From: Phallusia mammillata
Lineage: Eukaryota
Direction of reading: 5' to 3'
NCBI GenBank assembly: GCA_965637545.1
Contig: OZ281500.1
Coordinates: 5,704,001 to 5,768,000 of the forward strand
DNA length: 64,000 bases
Below, piece by piece: positions 47,434 through 62,020 of this stretch (positions are counted from its first letter, which is position 1; the number at the start of each line of letters is the position of its first letter). The position numbers and the translations under genes are program-made. The notes below the pieces were generated by a model. That model searched no databases, had not been told where the DNA came from, and saw nothing but the letters and a program-made list of their open reading frames with translations.

Positions 47434-50400
47434 CATCCAAGGAATATAAATCGTTTACAAACACAATGTTATGTCGCTTACCATACGATGGCATTAAAGA
47501 AAACATTCAGAAATCAGAGTCTAATCTAAAGTATCTCAAAAGGCGGAATCTGTGCAATAACAACCTGAGACTGTAACAAATCGGAAATTTTTCCCACATA
47601 ACACTTCTTATAGCTACACTGTGAACAATGTGTAAAACGTCAGCCGACATGCTCCACTCTTAAATAATGAACGAAAAATCTTAAGGCTAATCGAGTTCAT
47701 GACGCCAAATGGACATGCATGGACGATTAAATATTAATGACGTAAATAACGGCCGATCGAGGCTATTTGACCACACCCAGTAGGCTTGGTGTGTATCAAA
47801 TAGATATTTTCCGATGGCAATAACTTAAGTTTAGCAAAATTGACTCGAAGGCTCTCTCGGCGCTTGCAAAGCAATTTTTAAATTAACCACAGAAACCTTT
47901 GACCTTTACGCATCTAAGCTATATATTGTAGTTCAAATAGTAACCTGACAGTCTATAAAAACCTGATAGTCTATTAATAAAATCGCCTAATCAACGGTAC
48001 TGGACTAAATTTGTACAATATGCGTGCACACTTTTGGGAAGTTGTAAATTTTCAAAACGATTTTGTAAGCATAAAAAACACTGCACTGTGCGTAAATAAC
48101 CAATGTGCAAAATGCCACTGTTTTGAACAAAAATGTGCATAATTTGCAAACAAACGTAACATGCCTCGACTTCAAAACAACGACCCTTACAAGTTTGTCA
48201 AACCACGAGTACTTTCAACAATTATCCTTGGTATCTTGATTTGCGTAAAATGAGTACATAGGGGTGTGACGTATGCTCATTGATGTAACGCTTGTCAAGT
48301 TTTATGCGATGACGCATTTATGTTGGTTTACACCCCGTTTGTTTTGCAAACCACAAAAACATGTTTTCTCTTTTCAATGTGGGATAAAGTCTTCTAGCAA
48401 ACGTAAAATGACGCAGGTTGTTTTCAAACTCACTACAATAAACCTGTACATTTCAGTGACGTTATTATCGAGTAATTTAACAACAGAAATTTTCAAGAGG
48501 AAGAAGTCACCTTACAAGGCATAGTCATCGCTTTACATGCAGTTCGTTACCCAACGAAAAGGTTAAACGGCGAAATTAGGAAATACCCTTAATACAGACC
48601 AATTAACGGACCAAAATTCCAAAATTCCAAAAGTAAGACCAAAATTCCTCGAGCGTGAATTGGTTCCTCCGGAATGTTGGGAGTTTTTTATGGATCGGAA
48701 CTTAGTAATTTTCGGTAAGCTTTTCCAAAACGAGAACAAAACGTTAGGCGGTGAAACCACACCAGAATCGTGGCGCAATTTGCCATTTGTCTGCAAACCG
48801 CTGAGGCAGAAATACGTGAAAAGTGTAGGTTGTTTAATGTTAACAGACAAAATCATTCCAAAAAGTCATTCAACCTAGCGGTTCTAATAGGTAGTCATGC
48901 AGAACGCGAGTGTCCACGTTTTAAAGAGAAATTACTCTCACCATTTTAGGTTTATTTGAATGCATTTAGCATGATGAAGTATGCATTAAATATATGGTGG
49001 ATTATGCTAGTATACAGTAATTTTACTTAGAAGATGTATAATTATTTAAACTATTGCGGGCCATGTGTTGTTTGTTACCCAGTAACGAAAGAAATTATTT
49101 CATTATCTTGAATATGGTGTCAAAAAACACAATTATTTGAAACGTTGTTTTACAGCAAGATGCAACATTAAGCAAACATTTTTTCAGCTTTTCGTTGGCC
49201 TGAACAAAATATTTGTCATCACAAACAAATGCGTCAGCATGGCGAATTTGCGACTGGAAACAAATCTTTTTCTGCATGGTCTTTGCCATTTCTGATTCCT
49301 TTACACGCCTACAAACAGGGTGTGTTTCCTTTCAGTTTTTACGACTTTGAATGACAGGAGGTTATTAGTGTCAGTAGAAAGTGAAATTACAAAGTCATTT
49401 ATCATTTCTGCACGGGTGAAACACAGAAACGCTCCATTTCAGAAACTGTTGTCACAAACAAACGCGCACAAATGTCATGTGTGGTTTAAAGTAAAGCTCT
49501 TGCGCATTTTTAATACTTATCATACATTAGCTTCATTCTTATGTGCTAAATATGAATAAAAGTAGTATAATCTTGATGACAACAAAAAATGTTCAAGACT
49601 TTCAGCTTACAAAACATGACGACAACCTAGTCTGCTAACTACCAAATCAAACTAGGCGCTTTGTACCAAAACGCATGATCCTAAAACAACGTTTTGCGGT
49701 AAGCACTTCAAACCAATGTAAATCCCACCAACCTGCACACATATCCGAAAATTCAGTAGGCGATCACGCGGCGACTTTGTGCTCAAAATTGCGATCATAC
49801 GTTAATCCGAAAACCGATCTATTGTCCTCAGGTCAGGCCAGGAATCCCGAACTGGCTTATTCGCTATTTGGGGACCGAGACAAGGGCCTAAATAAGCAGT
49901 TTTTTTCCGACAAAAAAGGGCAACCCACAAAAGGTACACTATGCTTACGTTGCTACTTTCTGCTTTGTGAGATTGATGCTCGAATGACAAAAGGTCAAAG
50001 GTAAAACGAAATGCGTATCACGTGAGTGACGGATGTTGTACGCATGTTCTGACGACTTTTAGGGCGTTTGACGGAATCCAAGATCGTGACAGTACTACTT
50101 ACTAGTTTTTCGACAATTTTAAAACGCTTTGGGACAGATTACCTTACGTACTTCTGCCTCTTGCCTAAAAATTAGTTTATTAACAAGGTTCGTGCACTCA
50201 AGCATGCGAAAAAAATCCCTACAGGCACTTTGCTGATAAAGTCATTTAAAATGCTCACCCCTTTTCGAAGATCTCTATTAGTATTTTTTTGACATAATTA
50301 TACTGCAAACATAGAGAAACTTTTAGAACCTACACATTACAAAAATTCTTTCTAAACACTAGACATTTTCAGTATAAAAGTCGAAACCCATCATGCTCGC

Positions 50401-53040
50401 TGTTTGAGCAATAATATTTACAGAGGACGTCAGTTGTGGCTCTAAGCCAACATATACGATTTAAAAATTTGATCAGAATCAATTCAGGTTTAAAATTGTG
50501 ATAACACGCTTCCGCTATATTTCTGAAAATCCGTGACATTTACACATTTCAAGGTGAAATGATACCACTAACCTTGTATATCTACGTCCTTACAGTCGAT
50601 ACACGTAACAGGAAAAGAAATAAAAATATTACCAAAATCGGTGAAAATATGTTCATGTCAAGTATAATTTGTGTTGTTGCATTTTTAATTCAGTTTTTTT
50701 GGGAATAAATTTTTTAAAAGATATCTAAAATTCGCATCGTGACATTTCTATAAATAAAACAGACTTTAGTGAATTACAAATTCAAAACTGGGTTTGCATA
50801 TATCGCGTCCATTTTGCAAGTTCCGAAACGGACAAAAAATGGCAACGGCTTACTTAAGATTGAATATTAAAGATATATTTCCGAAAGGTTTTTCAGCGTA
50901 TCAACATATTATGCTGTTCGATCAAGCTTTAAAACTCTTTAATATCACGCATACATTGCTATAAATCTACAAAACACGGCCGTAACAGTTCTATTCTCCC
51001 ACGCTTTTCCGCCATTACTCGGTTTTGTAAACAATCCACTTCACAGCACGGAAACGACTTGAGCGAAACAACAAGGGACACTTGCATGTCACCCCTGTGA
51101 CCACTCGTGACAGTAAAAAATAATTGAGCACGTTGATGATTAATTTCAAATCAGTCACCGTTACTGCTGGCATTCCCTTGTGCATAACGCTATGTTGATA
51201 CCTTTCTGCCGTCTTGTTCATAGATCCTTTTGGCACTTTCAATTGACAGTTCCTTAAATATTTTTGTATGTTACTCCCCTTCGAGCTTCGCCAGTTTTTT
51301 GACAATAAATAGAATATAGAGAATTGTGTACCCAAGAAACTGTGTCTATCATAGATTTATATTGCCAAACAAACATGTCCGTGCTCTTAACCTCCGAAAA
51401 CTCTTCAGTCTCGTCAAAACATGGTTCAGCTACTCACACCACCCTCCTTATGGCTAATAATTAAAAAGACTTTGTTTGCATCGGGGTTACTAACCTTTCT
51501 CGCGATTAGAAATATCTTTTATAGCAACATCATTACTGATTGCGATCGAGCTGATTACACCAGCTTACAACTCTATTAAGCCACCATGTAGGAAGCCAAA
51601 GCCAACAAGTCAAAGTTTAAACTGCAGCAAGTTAGTTTGCGCAACAAACAGTATTTAGATAGAAAGGTCGTTCAACAAGGCACAACCCCGGTATATTTGA
51701 ATAAGGAAGAAAATATTGCACATCGTGTTTACCCTAATGTCGTTGTTGACCCAGTTCACTCTAAATTCGAGCTGCATATTACAATCTTAATTTACAGGTT
51801 TCTAAACTTAGCACAAAAAAATCTGCAGTAAGGCGGTGTATTAAGTTGCATTTTCAGATAGCAAACCACTCCGTAACTGAAACCGTATTTGCGTTGTAAA
51901 CATGTCCACATAGTTTCACTACAGTATTAGTATATACACTATACATAATAAGACAACCTACAAACTACTTAATCCATTTAAAGAAAGTGCTTTTACAATG
52001 AGTCATTTATGCAAATACGTTAAAAAATACATTGGACAAGAGTAGAAAACTTTAAGATTATAATTATTTTTTGGTGGTGGGAATTTTCATTTCCATTCGT
52101 AGCTTTTCTCCACTACGATTGTGGTCGAATGCAAATTCGTATATCCATACATAACCGCTTCCGTGATCCTATCTTACTTGCTTTCTATTTTAAGTCGTGT
52201 CTGCACACCCCTTGCAGCGATCTTGAAATACGCCGCAAAGATCCCGACCCTTTTATACCAAGTTTTATCAAATATTGTTATCACAAAAAGTCTAGTTCAG
52301 GTCAAGTGCAGTTAAATGTTAACGTACACCACTGCGCAAACTTCGCCAAAGTAACCTTTAGTACATTCAGTTGATATGCTAACCGATGCAATATTTTCGA
52401 CAATATAGCTTTATAGGTATACACCTGCAATGTTTTAAATTCAAAAGAATTTGTTCATGAGGTGCAATTTATTTGTATGCGTTTACCGTGGTTGCTGCAA
52501 CTACAAAAATTAAGGACAGTACTTAAACATGCCATCCTACAATCCGTACTAATACGCTTATCATCAAGAGTTTTTCGCAAAACATCTTCTAAATTTAAAA
52601 GACAAAAAAGGCACTCTATCGATAAACCACGTGAATTAAATTATAACTCTCATTTTCTTGATCCTAAAACGAATTCAACGAACCTGCTTCAGAAAAACAA
52701 GCTGTAGCAATTCCACACAGCGGCGGTCGTATACTACACATTACCGGGCCAGAAAACCACGGACAGAAAATGTTTTTGTTCCAACTGAGCGATGGCTTGT
52801 TGTCTCCTCGATGAAGTAATATCTTATAATCACACGGACTCTCTTAGCATCCTTTGTGTTATTCTAGGCGGTTTTTGAGCCCCCATAGTCTGGATAGAAC
52901 TGCATACCAACTGTGGGCCTGATATTTACAAACCACACATGGATGTTGCAATAAAATCAAAACACATTAGGATCACAGTATAGTCCTCAAACTCGTCCTT
53001 TCCAGAATTATGTACACCTAATCTGCGACTAGTACATACA

Positions 53041-53056
53041 ATATATATATATATAT
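53041..53056. repeat. (AT)8 microsatellite
   Basis: atatatatatatatat. Confidence 0.85.
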
Positions 53057-56000
53057 GTATAAATTTGTTTTAGATGTCCATCAAGGAAGCCTAAAACCAA
53101 AAATCAACCAAGTTTACGAATCGCTCATTAAGTGAGCAGTCTGAGCACACCACAAAGTAAGCAAATTGTGGTGCACCTGCGTTCCATTATTATAATATTA
53201 AATCATTAACACTCCTAATTTTTAACCATTTATTTAATATTTTGCGGTGCTGAAAATAACACACAGCTGATCAAGACCTCGCCCAGTGTACATCACACAC
53301 AAAAGTTACCAATCTTTCAAGTACATACATAGAATAACAGCGGGTTGAAAAAGCTGCACTTCAATGGACCTAATTATAGGTTTCGTCAGGCCTGACTGAT
53401 CAAATACAAGGTTATGTGCGCCTTTCGTGGTGGCATTGTCAGTTGTTCAAAGAACATATTTGCAGCGCTTAAATTGTTAGAGTCTAAAAATTTTGGGGAA
53501 ACACTATTTTTAAGTCAACAATGTAATAATGTGCAGTACTGCCTACAAAAATTGCAACTCTCCAGCCAATACAATAAACTCACTACAAAACTCTTGTCTC
53601 AGTCATGATCTAAGAGTCCATAATAAAACGAAATTGCCACTCATTTAAAAATTAATGGAGTGCCAGTGATAATATCTCTCTATTTCGGTGATGTTTTATC
53701 GTTGATACTCCATTACCTGGAAACCCAGCTTCCTGCAACACAGGAATGTTTTTTTTTGCCTTGTTGGAGTTTCTCTGGTAGCAATATTACATCGACCTTC
53801 GCCTTGAAGTCAAATAGCCGCCACAAAATTCATTTCGACTGCTTACAATGTTTACCCATGGTGTGTTTTTGTTTGAGACCAAGCCTATTAAGATTTATTT
53901 ACGAGGTCAATTCGAATTTTTGCAGTTGATTTGCTTTGACATTTACAACAAAGACGGGAACAACTAGTCTTGTTTCATTGCACTTCGTCCTAACTGTGAA
54001 CACCTTGCCAGACACAAAGTTTGGAAAACAATTCACAAAAAAACTTGCATGCTATTTCTAATCCTGCAAACATAGAGAACCAACTTTTATCACAACTTTT
54101 TTTATCTTATAAACACAGAGCGTAAAAGGCCCACAAAATCAAAAAAGCATAAAATTGATCCAGTCGGCTACAACCCAAGTACTGCAAACTGACTTTTAGC
54201 ATTTGATTGTTTTCATTTACTTTGTGAAAATCATCATTATAGGTGCTTTTAGCAAATTTTACAAGCCTACGCAGACGACTTTTCCGAAGAACCATTTTAG
54301 TTTTACCACCTGAACCTGCAGAATAATCAAAATCCAAAAGACCCTACAAGTCAATTTAGGACTTTTAACTGTCAAGCATATAAGTTCAGCCAAGTTTAAT
54401 GACGCAGCAGTTGTCAAGACTACAACTGAAACCTTTAAAAACACCAGTTGACACAAAACACGCAAATATACGAGTATGTACATTACCAAGGGTGCAGCTA
54501 TAAAAAACGCCAGGATTGTGATGGTTTGGCAAGAGAAGCACGGGGCGTATCAAAAATTGTCCACATACAACGCCTGAACTGCTACGTTGACAAACAAATC
54601 TTTCTTTCTCCAAAGTCAAGTTTTGGAATCACTTTTGCCAGACGCTGCTTTTGTTTAGTAGAAGATGCCTGACTTTCAAGCAAATAATGACTACCGGTTC
54701 AATGTTTGCCCACAGTGAAAAGGCTTTCCAAAAAGCAAACAGCAACAAGCAAACAGTGTTTGGCCAGCTTTCAAACCTTATCGCATTTTATTGCCGATTC
54801 TTCACGAAAGATGACAAAACACGAGAGTGGAAACACCTCGACTTGTATGTCTGCACTGCTTTCATCTCACAACAAAGCCGTTGCTAAGATGTCGTTAAAT
54901 GGTATTTCGAAGAAAATTTTGTCCGGCTTCTAATATTACACCATATTTTGTCGACAAGTAAACCAAGGAAGCTCCACCTAGAATTTCAGCTGGTATCTTT
55001 AGTTTAACCGGAAAGCTTTCGCAATTACCGAACCAAACAGTAAACCGAATTACGCTTTGTGAAGGATTTCAAAATGAGCGTCACGTAGCCTACGGTAACA
55101 TTGCAAGCACAAAACGAATATCATTAAAACAGACAAAAAATATTTTCAAAAAACACCAATCAAAAAATTTATTTTGCATTTTCCCAATCCAAAAACTGTT
55201 GAATTGTTTGCCCTAATGAATTACTTATCTGTAACCTGTTAGTTTTTTGTGTCAGCACAAAGAACGCTATTTTGAGAAATGCAGTAGCCAAAATGAACGT
55301 AAAAAACTTTCACTCCACCAAAATACATGGCATTTGTCTGCTTGGCATAAGCCCTAATTCTAATCAGTTGACACTCGCTATGAAAATTCGTGCCGTTAAA
55401 CAATAGCATAATTATGTATACAACGACTTTACCGCACCGACCAAAAAATATCTACCACTAATGCAAAACCACATCCTGCATCTCTGCTGCCGACTGCATG
55501 GCCAAGCCATTATTTTATACTATCTCAACGTGTACATCTTACAAGGCACCGACCATGCCGCATCCTACTGGCGACCTTGTGCACTAAGGCGCACTTCCTT
55601 ACGGCGTTTGCAATACGATACTTTAATAGCCAGATCCACGAAAAGCAGTAAACGCCCGGCGTGCTTTTACACTGACTCGTTTCGTTGAATCGAAACCACA
55701 GCAGCTTGTTTATCTTCAAAAAGCGGTGTGCAAAAATGGTTTTCCTATGCTTTGGCAAAGCTGCTAGATGCTGTTGTGCCAAAACTATGTTAATTTCTGA
55801 CTTTGACAAAACAAATTCTGAAAACTAAACAAATTTCCATTTAACTTGACTAACTACGAACACAACTAAGTATTTATATTATTCACTAACATTATTTACG
55901 CGAACTGCTGTCGACAGTCTTACAATCATTGACAAAAAAGGAAATAGAAAAATCGATAGATAGGACATATGTCATTCCAAATTTCTTACAAGACTTACAC

Positions 56001-59000
56001 AAATAAGAAACGTTATTTCGTCACCAATTTAGTAATTTTGCCCTGTTCGAAAATGACATTTATGTGATAATACTTCATGTTGTAAAATATCAATACGATC
56101 ACTGACATTTTATCCGAAGCCTGGTCGTCAAAATGTATATAAATGGGCGCTGTTTTAACGTACATGTAGAAAAAAGAGCCAAACGAATGATTTCTATTCA
56201 ACTGCCACAGTCGTACCTATCGTCAATAAATCTTAAGACGCGATACCGTTTGCCCTGCAATCCGCAGCGTTCGGAATGAAGTTGATTCTCGTAAAACGGC
56301 CGTTCCAACTCGTTATCCAGTCACCACTGGTTTACGTGAGTCTGATCTCAAATATTTGTTGCCTAGAGAAGCCAGGCGAAGCCTTCCAAGTCCTAAGTTT
56401 GCTTTACGACTTGCCAGAGACACCGAAACGGGACAAGAAGCGGAAGGGTCCTGGTTCTTGGACTGTCACATGATCGGTTTCTCCAAAGTCACAAATCAAT
56501 CCACATCAACAAATGCGGGTTTTAGGCACATACATTCAAGATCGGCGATTCAGAAGAATTAAAGTCTTATATTTAAATTAAAGTCTAACAATCTTATATT
56601 CAACAAGGCATTGGACAACTGGAAACCAAGGTATATAGAAAATCGTTAATACAAAGAAGATCAATCCACGACGCATATTTGACCAATGAAAGTTATGGTT
56701 TGTACAAAGTAAAGCATACAAGTGCGGGATCGGCCTAAAAGTTTACAATTTAGTGCAAGTGAATCGAGTTAGATTTAAATCAAGTTCGCAAGGTTTACTA
56801 AACGACCATTTAACGCAACAAGGTATGCTTATCGGAAATCACAAACACCATACAACGAGACAAGGCTAATTTAGCGTTTCCAGTAAGTTAAACATCTACG
56901 ACACGGCGGTTGCTATTCAACTACCGCCTAAATTGTGACTTTCCTAACAAGTTCCTTTGTGTTCCTGGAAAGGGACCGTTTGACATGTTTATTGCGACGC
57001 CGTTTTACTCCGACTGTAACTGTCACGCGATGCACTTAAATGTCGAGCAATTTACCTTAACTCAGGCCAGGGTAACCTTCGACTTTGCATACATTCAGGA
57101 CATCACGATCAAGAATCATGGTCAAATAGAAGTTGAAAGGATACAAGTTTAAGCGGGAATATTTAGTGGGCCATGCATGCGTGTACAACAAACGCACTTG
57201 GACCTAAAACTCCAAAATTAAGTAAGATCTGTGGAAATCTAATTAAATAGAACTATATTGCAGAAAATAAAACAACGCGGTATCATTAAAGCTGACTGCC
57301 GCCGAAGCAAAATCGACCTTTGTGGCCTTCAAGAGACATTTGTGGTATGTATGCAACCAACATTTCTGATGAACAAAATCTATCATTGCACAATAACAGG
57401 CGATTTCGTGGTATTTGCGGAGGCACCAAACGAATGAAACCATTTGCAAGGTAAGACTCCAATTGGTAAGATCTGCAGCAACAAGAAAACTTGTCACACA
57501 AGAATACGCTAAATTTGTAAACATAATTTACGGACTTATAGAACAGACAAAAAAATCATGGTAAAGTTTTTGTTTTTGCCATTTTTGTTACCGTGGTTGG
57601 TATAGGTGTGTTTATGCAAATATAATGAGTTCCACATAAAGTTCTACAGCGAAAAAACAAAATACCTAACCTTTTCGACCAAAGCGGGTGGTCTTACTTG
57701 AGAACACAGTACTATTTAATTCAAGTAAAAAGCACATACAACGGGCCTTGGATAACTCACGGATTAGTTTTACGTGCAGTCGACATATTCGTTTAAAAGT
57801 TGCATCCTGTGGAATTCGAAACACTATGATCCATCTGTTACACTATCTATTTTGTAATTAGACAGTTAAGCACTGTAAACTCATTCGATAGCAATGGGCC
57901 TCCTAAAAAACAGAGCTGGTGCTCGAGTAGACACAAGAGGTTCGCCAGGGGTCAAATACGTTTAACACTTAGACAACAAAACTGTAAAACGACCCATGGA
58001 CAGACATGCAACAAAGTCTCTAGTGTTTTATCGCTGATACAAGTTAACCCATAGTTTTATGCCAGGAAGGTTAAGTGCCTCGCGCACCGTGTGGTTAATG
58101 GGGGTAGCGGTAAGTTTAAATACAGAACATAATAAGGATATGTTTTGTTAAAAGTAGACTAAAGTCATTGTTTACACCACTTTAGGTAAACAGGTTCTGT
58201 TAAGAAACTAATCGAGCAGAACCAGAAAACATTAGTTGCGGTTCAATTATGGCGTGGAAATTTTTTCTAGACTGTAAGCTCCAGCAGAAACACAATGCCA
58301 CCGGGTCTTATCTTGTACGACGTTTTTTGCGCATTTACAGTTCTTCAATAGCTGTTATCGTCAAATTAGGGTTTTATGTTGTCAAAATACGTTAAAATTG
58401 AGGCAATAAAACCTATCTTCTCCAAACCGTTAAATTCAAACAGCACAGTGTATTTACTTGTTAAAAAATATCTGCTGATGTAAATAACACACACAAAAAA
58501 ACAGTTAAGTGTTTCAAACTTACACAGACAACAAAGCAAAGATATCAATCTAACATGGAAAGATGGGTTCAATTTTTTTTTGCTTACGCGCTATGTCCCA
58601 ATTTTTCCCGTTATGAAACCACAAAACACAAACCTGAAGGCGAGATTGCACATGTGACATATTTTACGAGAATAACCATTTCACACAAAAGACACAATTG
58701 TCGTTATGGGAGAAAACAAGGAGATTAAAGTGTCGACGACCCCAAAGCCAATTGCGTTTTCCGTGAAGGGATTAGGCTTGGGTTGCAGTAGCAAGTGTAC
58801 AATACAACTTTTGCAACAAAATAAGTCAAGTATTTTGTTACAGAAGCAATTTCCACATTTCTGAACATTTGCTGTTTTGAAGTGTTCGACAAATGCCTTT
58901 TACATGGTCTGGTGAACAAGTTTATTTGACCACTTAAATGCTCCGGCTATCCAAATTTAACAAAATGTATTTCTAATCGTTACTCCATAATATGCATTGG

Positions 59001-61984
59001 TTTGGAAATTTTTAGCAAGCTTTGCAAGATTTTACGACTGTTTCAACTATTTACTGGTCTGTTTAAGGCCCGTGTTGTTCTAAATAACAAAACTTCAGAA
59101 GTCAATATGTTTTAAGTGAATTTAAATTTTTAACTATTTGTAAAAGAAACATGAAAAATCGCAAATCAAAGCAATTTTAAAACCAATACTCTTGACATTA
59201 TGATACAGCATAGAAGACCTTTTACATAATAGGTTGCAACGTAACATAATGAGGTTTTCTATTATATTCTTACGTTCATGCAAAGCAGTTGTTCAACTAC
59301 AGACATGACTTTCACAAACAAACTTTGCATTTCTGCCTGCTGCTAATCCGCCAAGACGGAAATATCACAAGCAACATCGGAACTTATACAAACCACCAAT
59401 CTAAACACTAGACAACACAGACAACAACCAAGTACATAAACAAAGATACCATATCCTACAGAAACAAGACAATTGCACTGAGCGTAATGTTATTACTGCA
59501 CACCTGTGTTTTTCAGCGGGTGAAATGGAATGTCGCTGTCGCAAATCATATACAAGTGACAATGGATGCTCATCCCGCAAAGGCTCTTATTACGATATTT
59601 TATCAGCTACATCCGGATAGCAGTTGTTATCAGTATCCCAGGTGTTGCCACTTCCCACCCTATCAACTTGTCCATCATTGAGTATTGGCAAATAGTTCTC
59701 ATGCTGTGCATGTTGTTGCTTTTCTTATTGACTATGTCTCAATTGCCATTTTGAGCACGAAGTTAATTTGATTACGCGTCACAAAAGTGTTTTCCGATCG
59801 GACCATTTAACCAACTTGAGAAAGTCATTAGAGTATGGACAATACCTAAAAATGTTTGGCACCACTTGATTACTGTTTGTCTTAAGTTTTTTAAAGTATT
59901 TTACTACAGAAACTTTTCTCCCACTGATTGACGAAAGCGATTGCGCAAACTTTGGCAGGTGTGTAACTAATCAGAAGTCAACATTGATAAGTAAAATCTG
60001 TATTTTTTCATTAAACTTCGGAAAGCGCATTGGCGATTTGAAGGACGAAACTTGCTCTGACCACCTAGTCACACCTATTGGATCTGAACTAAAAAGATTA
60101 GCAAAAAAACTATTTTTATTCGCAAAATATATTTAAACGATTGATCGGGCGGCTTGTTTAACAATCTGTACACTTTATTTTATGTTTCCCACTCCCGAAG
60201 TATACCAAACAAGTATCTTAAAACCGTCACGAACAACACCTTTAGTACCAGGTATGATGAAAACATTTTCCCTAAACTTCGTTCTTAGTCAATTGAAAAA
60301 AACTTACAAGCGTACAATCAGACTTACTCAAATGATTCCTGTATTGCGCCAAAGTTTGGAACGCCATAAAACGACGAACAAGAGATCAAAAGCAACTGGA
60401 AAGTACAGCAAACAAACTGTAACGATCCCTTAGCCAACACTTCAAGCTTAACACAGCCTAGCCTGTATCTCGGACTCCTTGATCAAACCTTAATCTCATC
60501 TGCCTGTGATCTGTAAAGCAAGGAGGCAAAGCTAAGCCTTGAGGTGATTCAGAAGCAATAACTTGTTACTGTAACTTTGTCCGTGGCGCTTCTGCTGCTC
60601 CAGTCATCGTATGCGAGCAACGCACGCTCATCAAATAGGAGCACGCAAACAAGGTAGTGGGTCGTAAAGCTCTCGGATCGCGGGGTTAACCAAATACAGG
60701 CACACAATGAGAGCCGCCCTATGACCACGCGTTTCGACTTTCACCGCCAACTGCAACAGGTTTGAATGCTAAATTTAGCTCATACTTGATTTGCGTCACA
60801 AAAAATGGGTAGCGGATTTGAACACAACAAACTATTGTACGGGCAACCTTTAAAAAGGTCAGCATAATTTTCTCAAAATCGCTACCGTTTCCCACGCGCA
60901 TTCACATCATTCAGAAAAAAACTTTCCTAAAGTATTCTAAACTTGTACAAAAAGAAACAGCAATCTGTGCCACTGGAGTATTAGCTTAACAACATGACTT
61001 GTCAGCCACAAATACAAGCTTGTAAAAATCCATTCAATCGCCACATGTGACTTTGGGGTTTAAAGTTGCCTCGCGGGGCGGCTCTTCGGGTTTTCGGCTT
61101 CTTGCGTCGAGAGCAACTTTAATGGAAGCGCAAACACGAGATTACCCGGGATTAAGGAGCACTGTGCAAACGACAGCAGGGTGGTTATTTATAGACCCCT
61201 GCTCGGCCGCAGTCGATAAATTATCCCGATCCTGTTCGGGGTAAATGCATTCCAACTATAAAGGGGGCAATTCGCGCTTTAGGCAAACAAGCAAGTGCGT
61301 TTTTTTACAGGTTTACGTCTCTTTGGCAAACATTAGGCCGCCCTGAATAGGAGAGCCTTAATTACCCTCCCGGCCGCCAGGGTAATTAGGGGCGACGTGG
61401 AGTAAAACCAAATGTTTGTTTGGTCAGTGTAGCAGTCGAACTCTCGTCAGCACTGCATGCATCTTACCTATGATAACTTCTTGGTCCGCCACTCTCACAC
61501 ATTTAAAACAAGCTAACAAAGCATAAAATTGTATCCTGAAGTTGTTGTTTTTTATTTATCTAAAACGACAATTTACTTTGTTACTTTTTGACTATAACAA
61601 GCTTAAAAACAAAATCAATGTTTTTCCAATATAATAACTCTATTAAAAGTTTCGTGTGCATGCAAGTTGATCCGCCTAATTGCCTACTTCAACACCAAAA
61701 ACGCCCTAAGTCATCTATTCCCCCCCTTTAAAACATACCTGTGGTTTGAAAACAAGGGCACCCTTTTTGACTCTGCAAGATAAGAGAATCAACAGGCCAG
61801 ACATTGCCTGAGTTCAGCTCAGGGTTGAGTTATGTTTGAGTTTGATAAAACATACAGCTTATAGACGTACCTACTTCAGATTTCTTCACTGCATGCAACA
61901 GTTCATTTTAGCCTTTTTACGTAAGCATTCTAGATTTCTGTAAAACAAAATCAGGTCAAAGTTTAAAATATAAACGTATTCGAT

Positions 61985-62020
61985 GTCGAGTCATAGCAAG
62001 CAGTCGAGTCATAGCAAGCA
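61985..62020. repeat. 18-bp tandem duplication
   Basis: gtcgagtcatagcaagca x2. Confidence 0.9.

Noticed and set aside
54711-54790. HSEKAF... peptide as a possible glucagon/secretin-like ligand near its receptor
   Set aside because: No signal peptide or dibasic site before His1, Gly4 is missing, and there is no similarity beyond residue 6.
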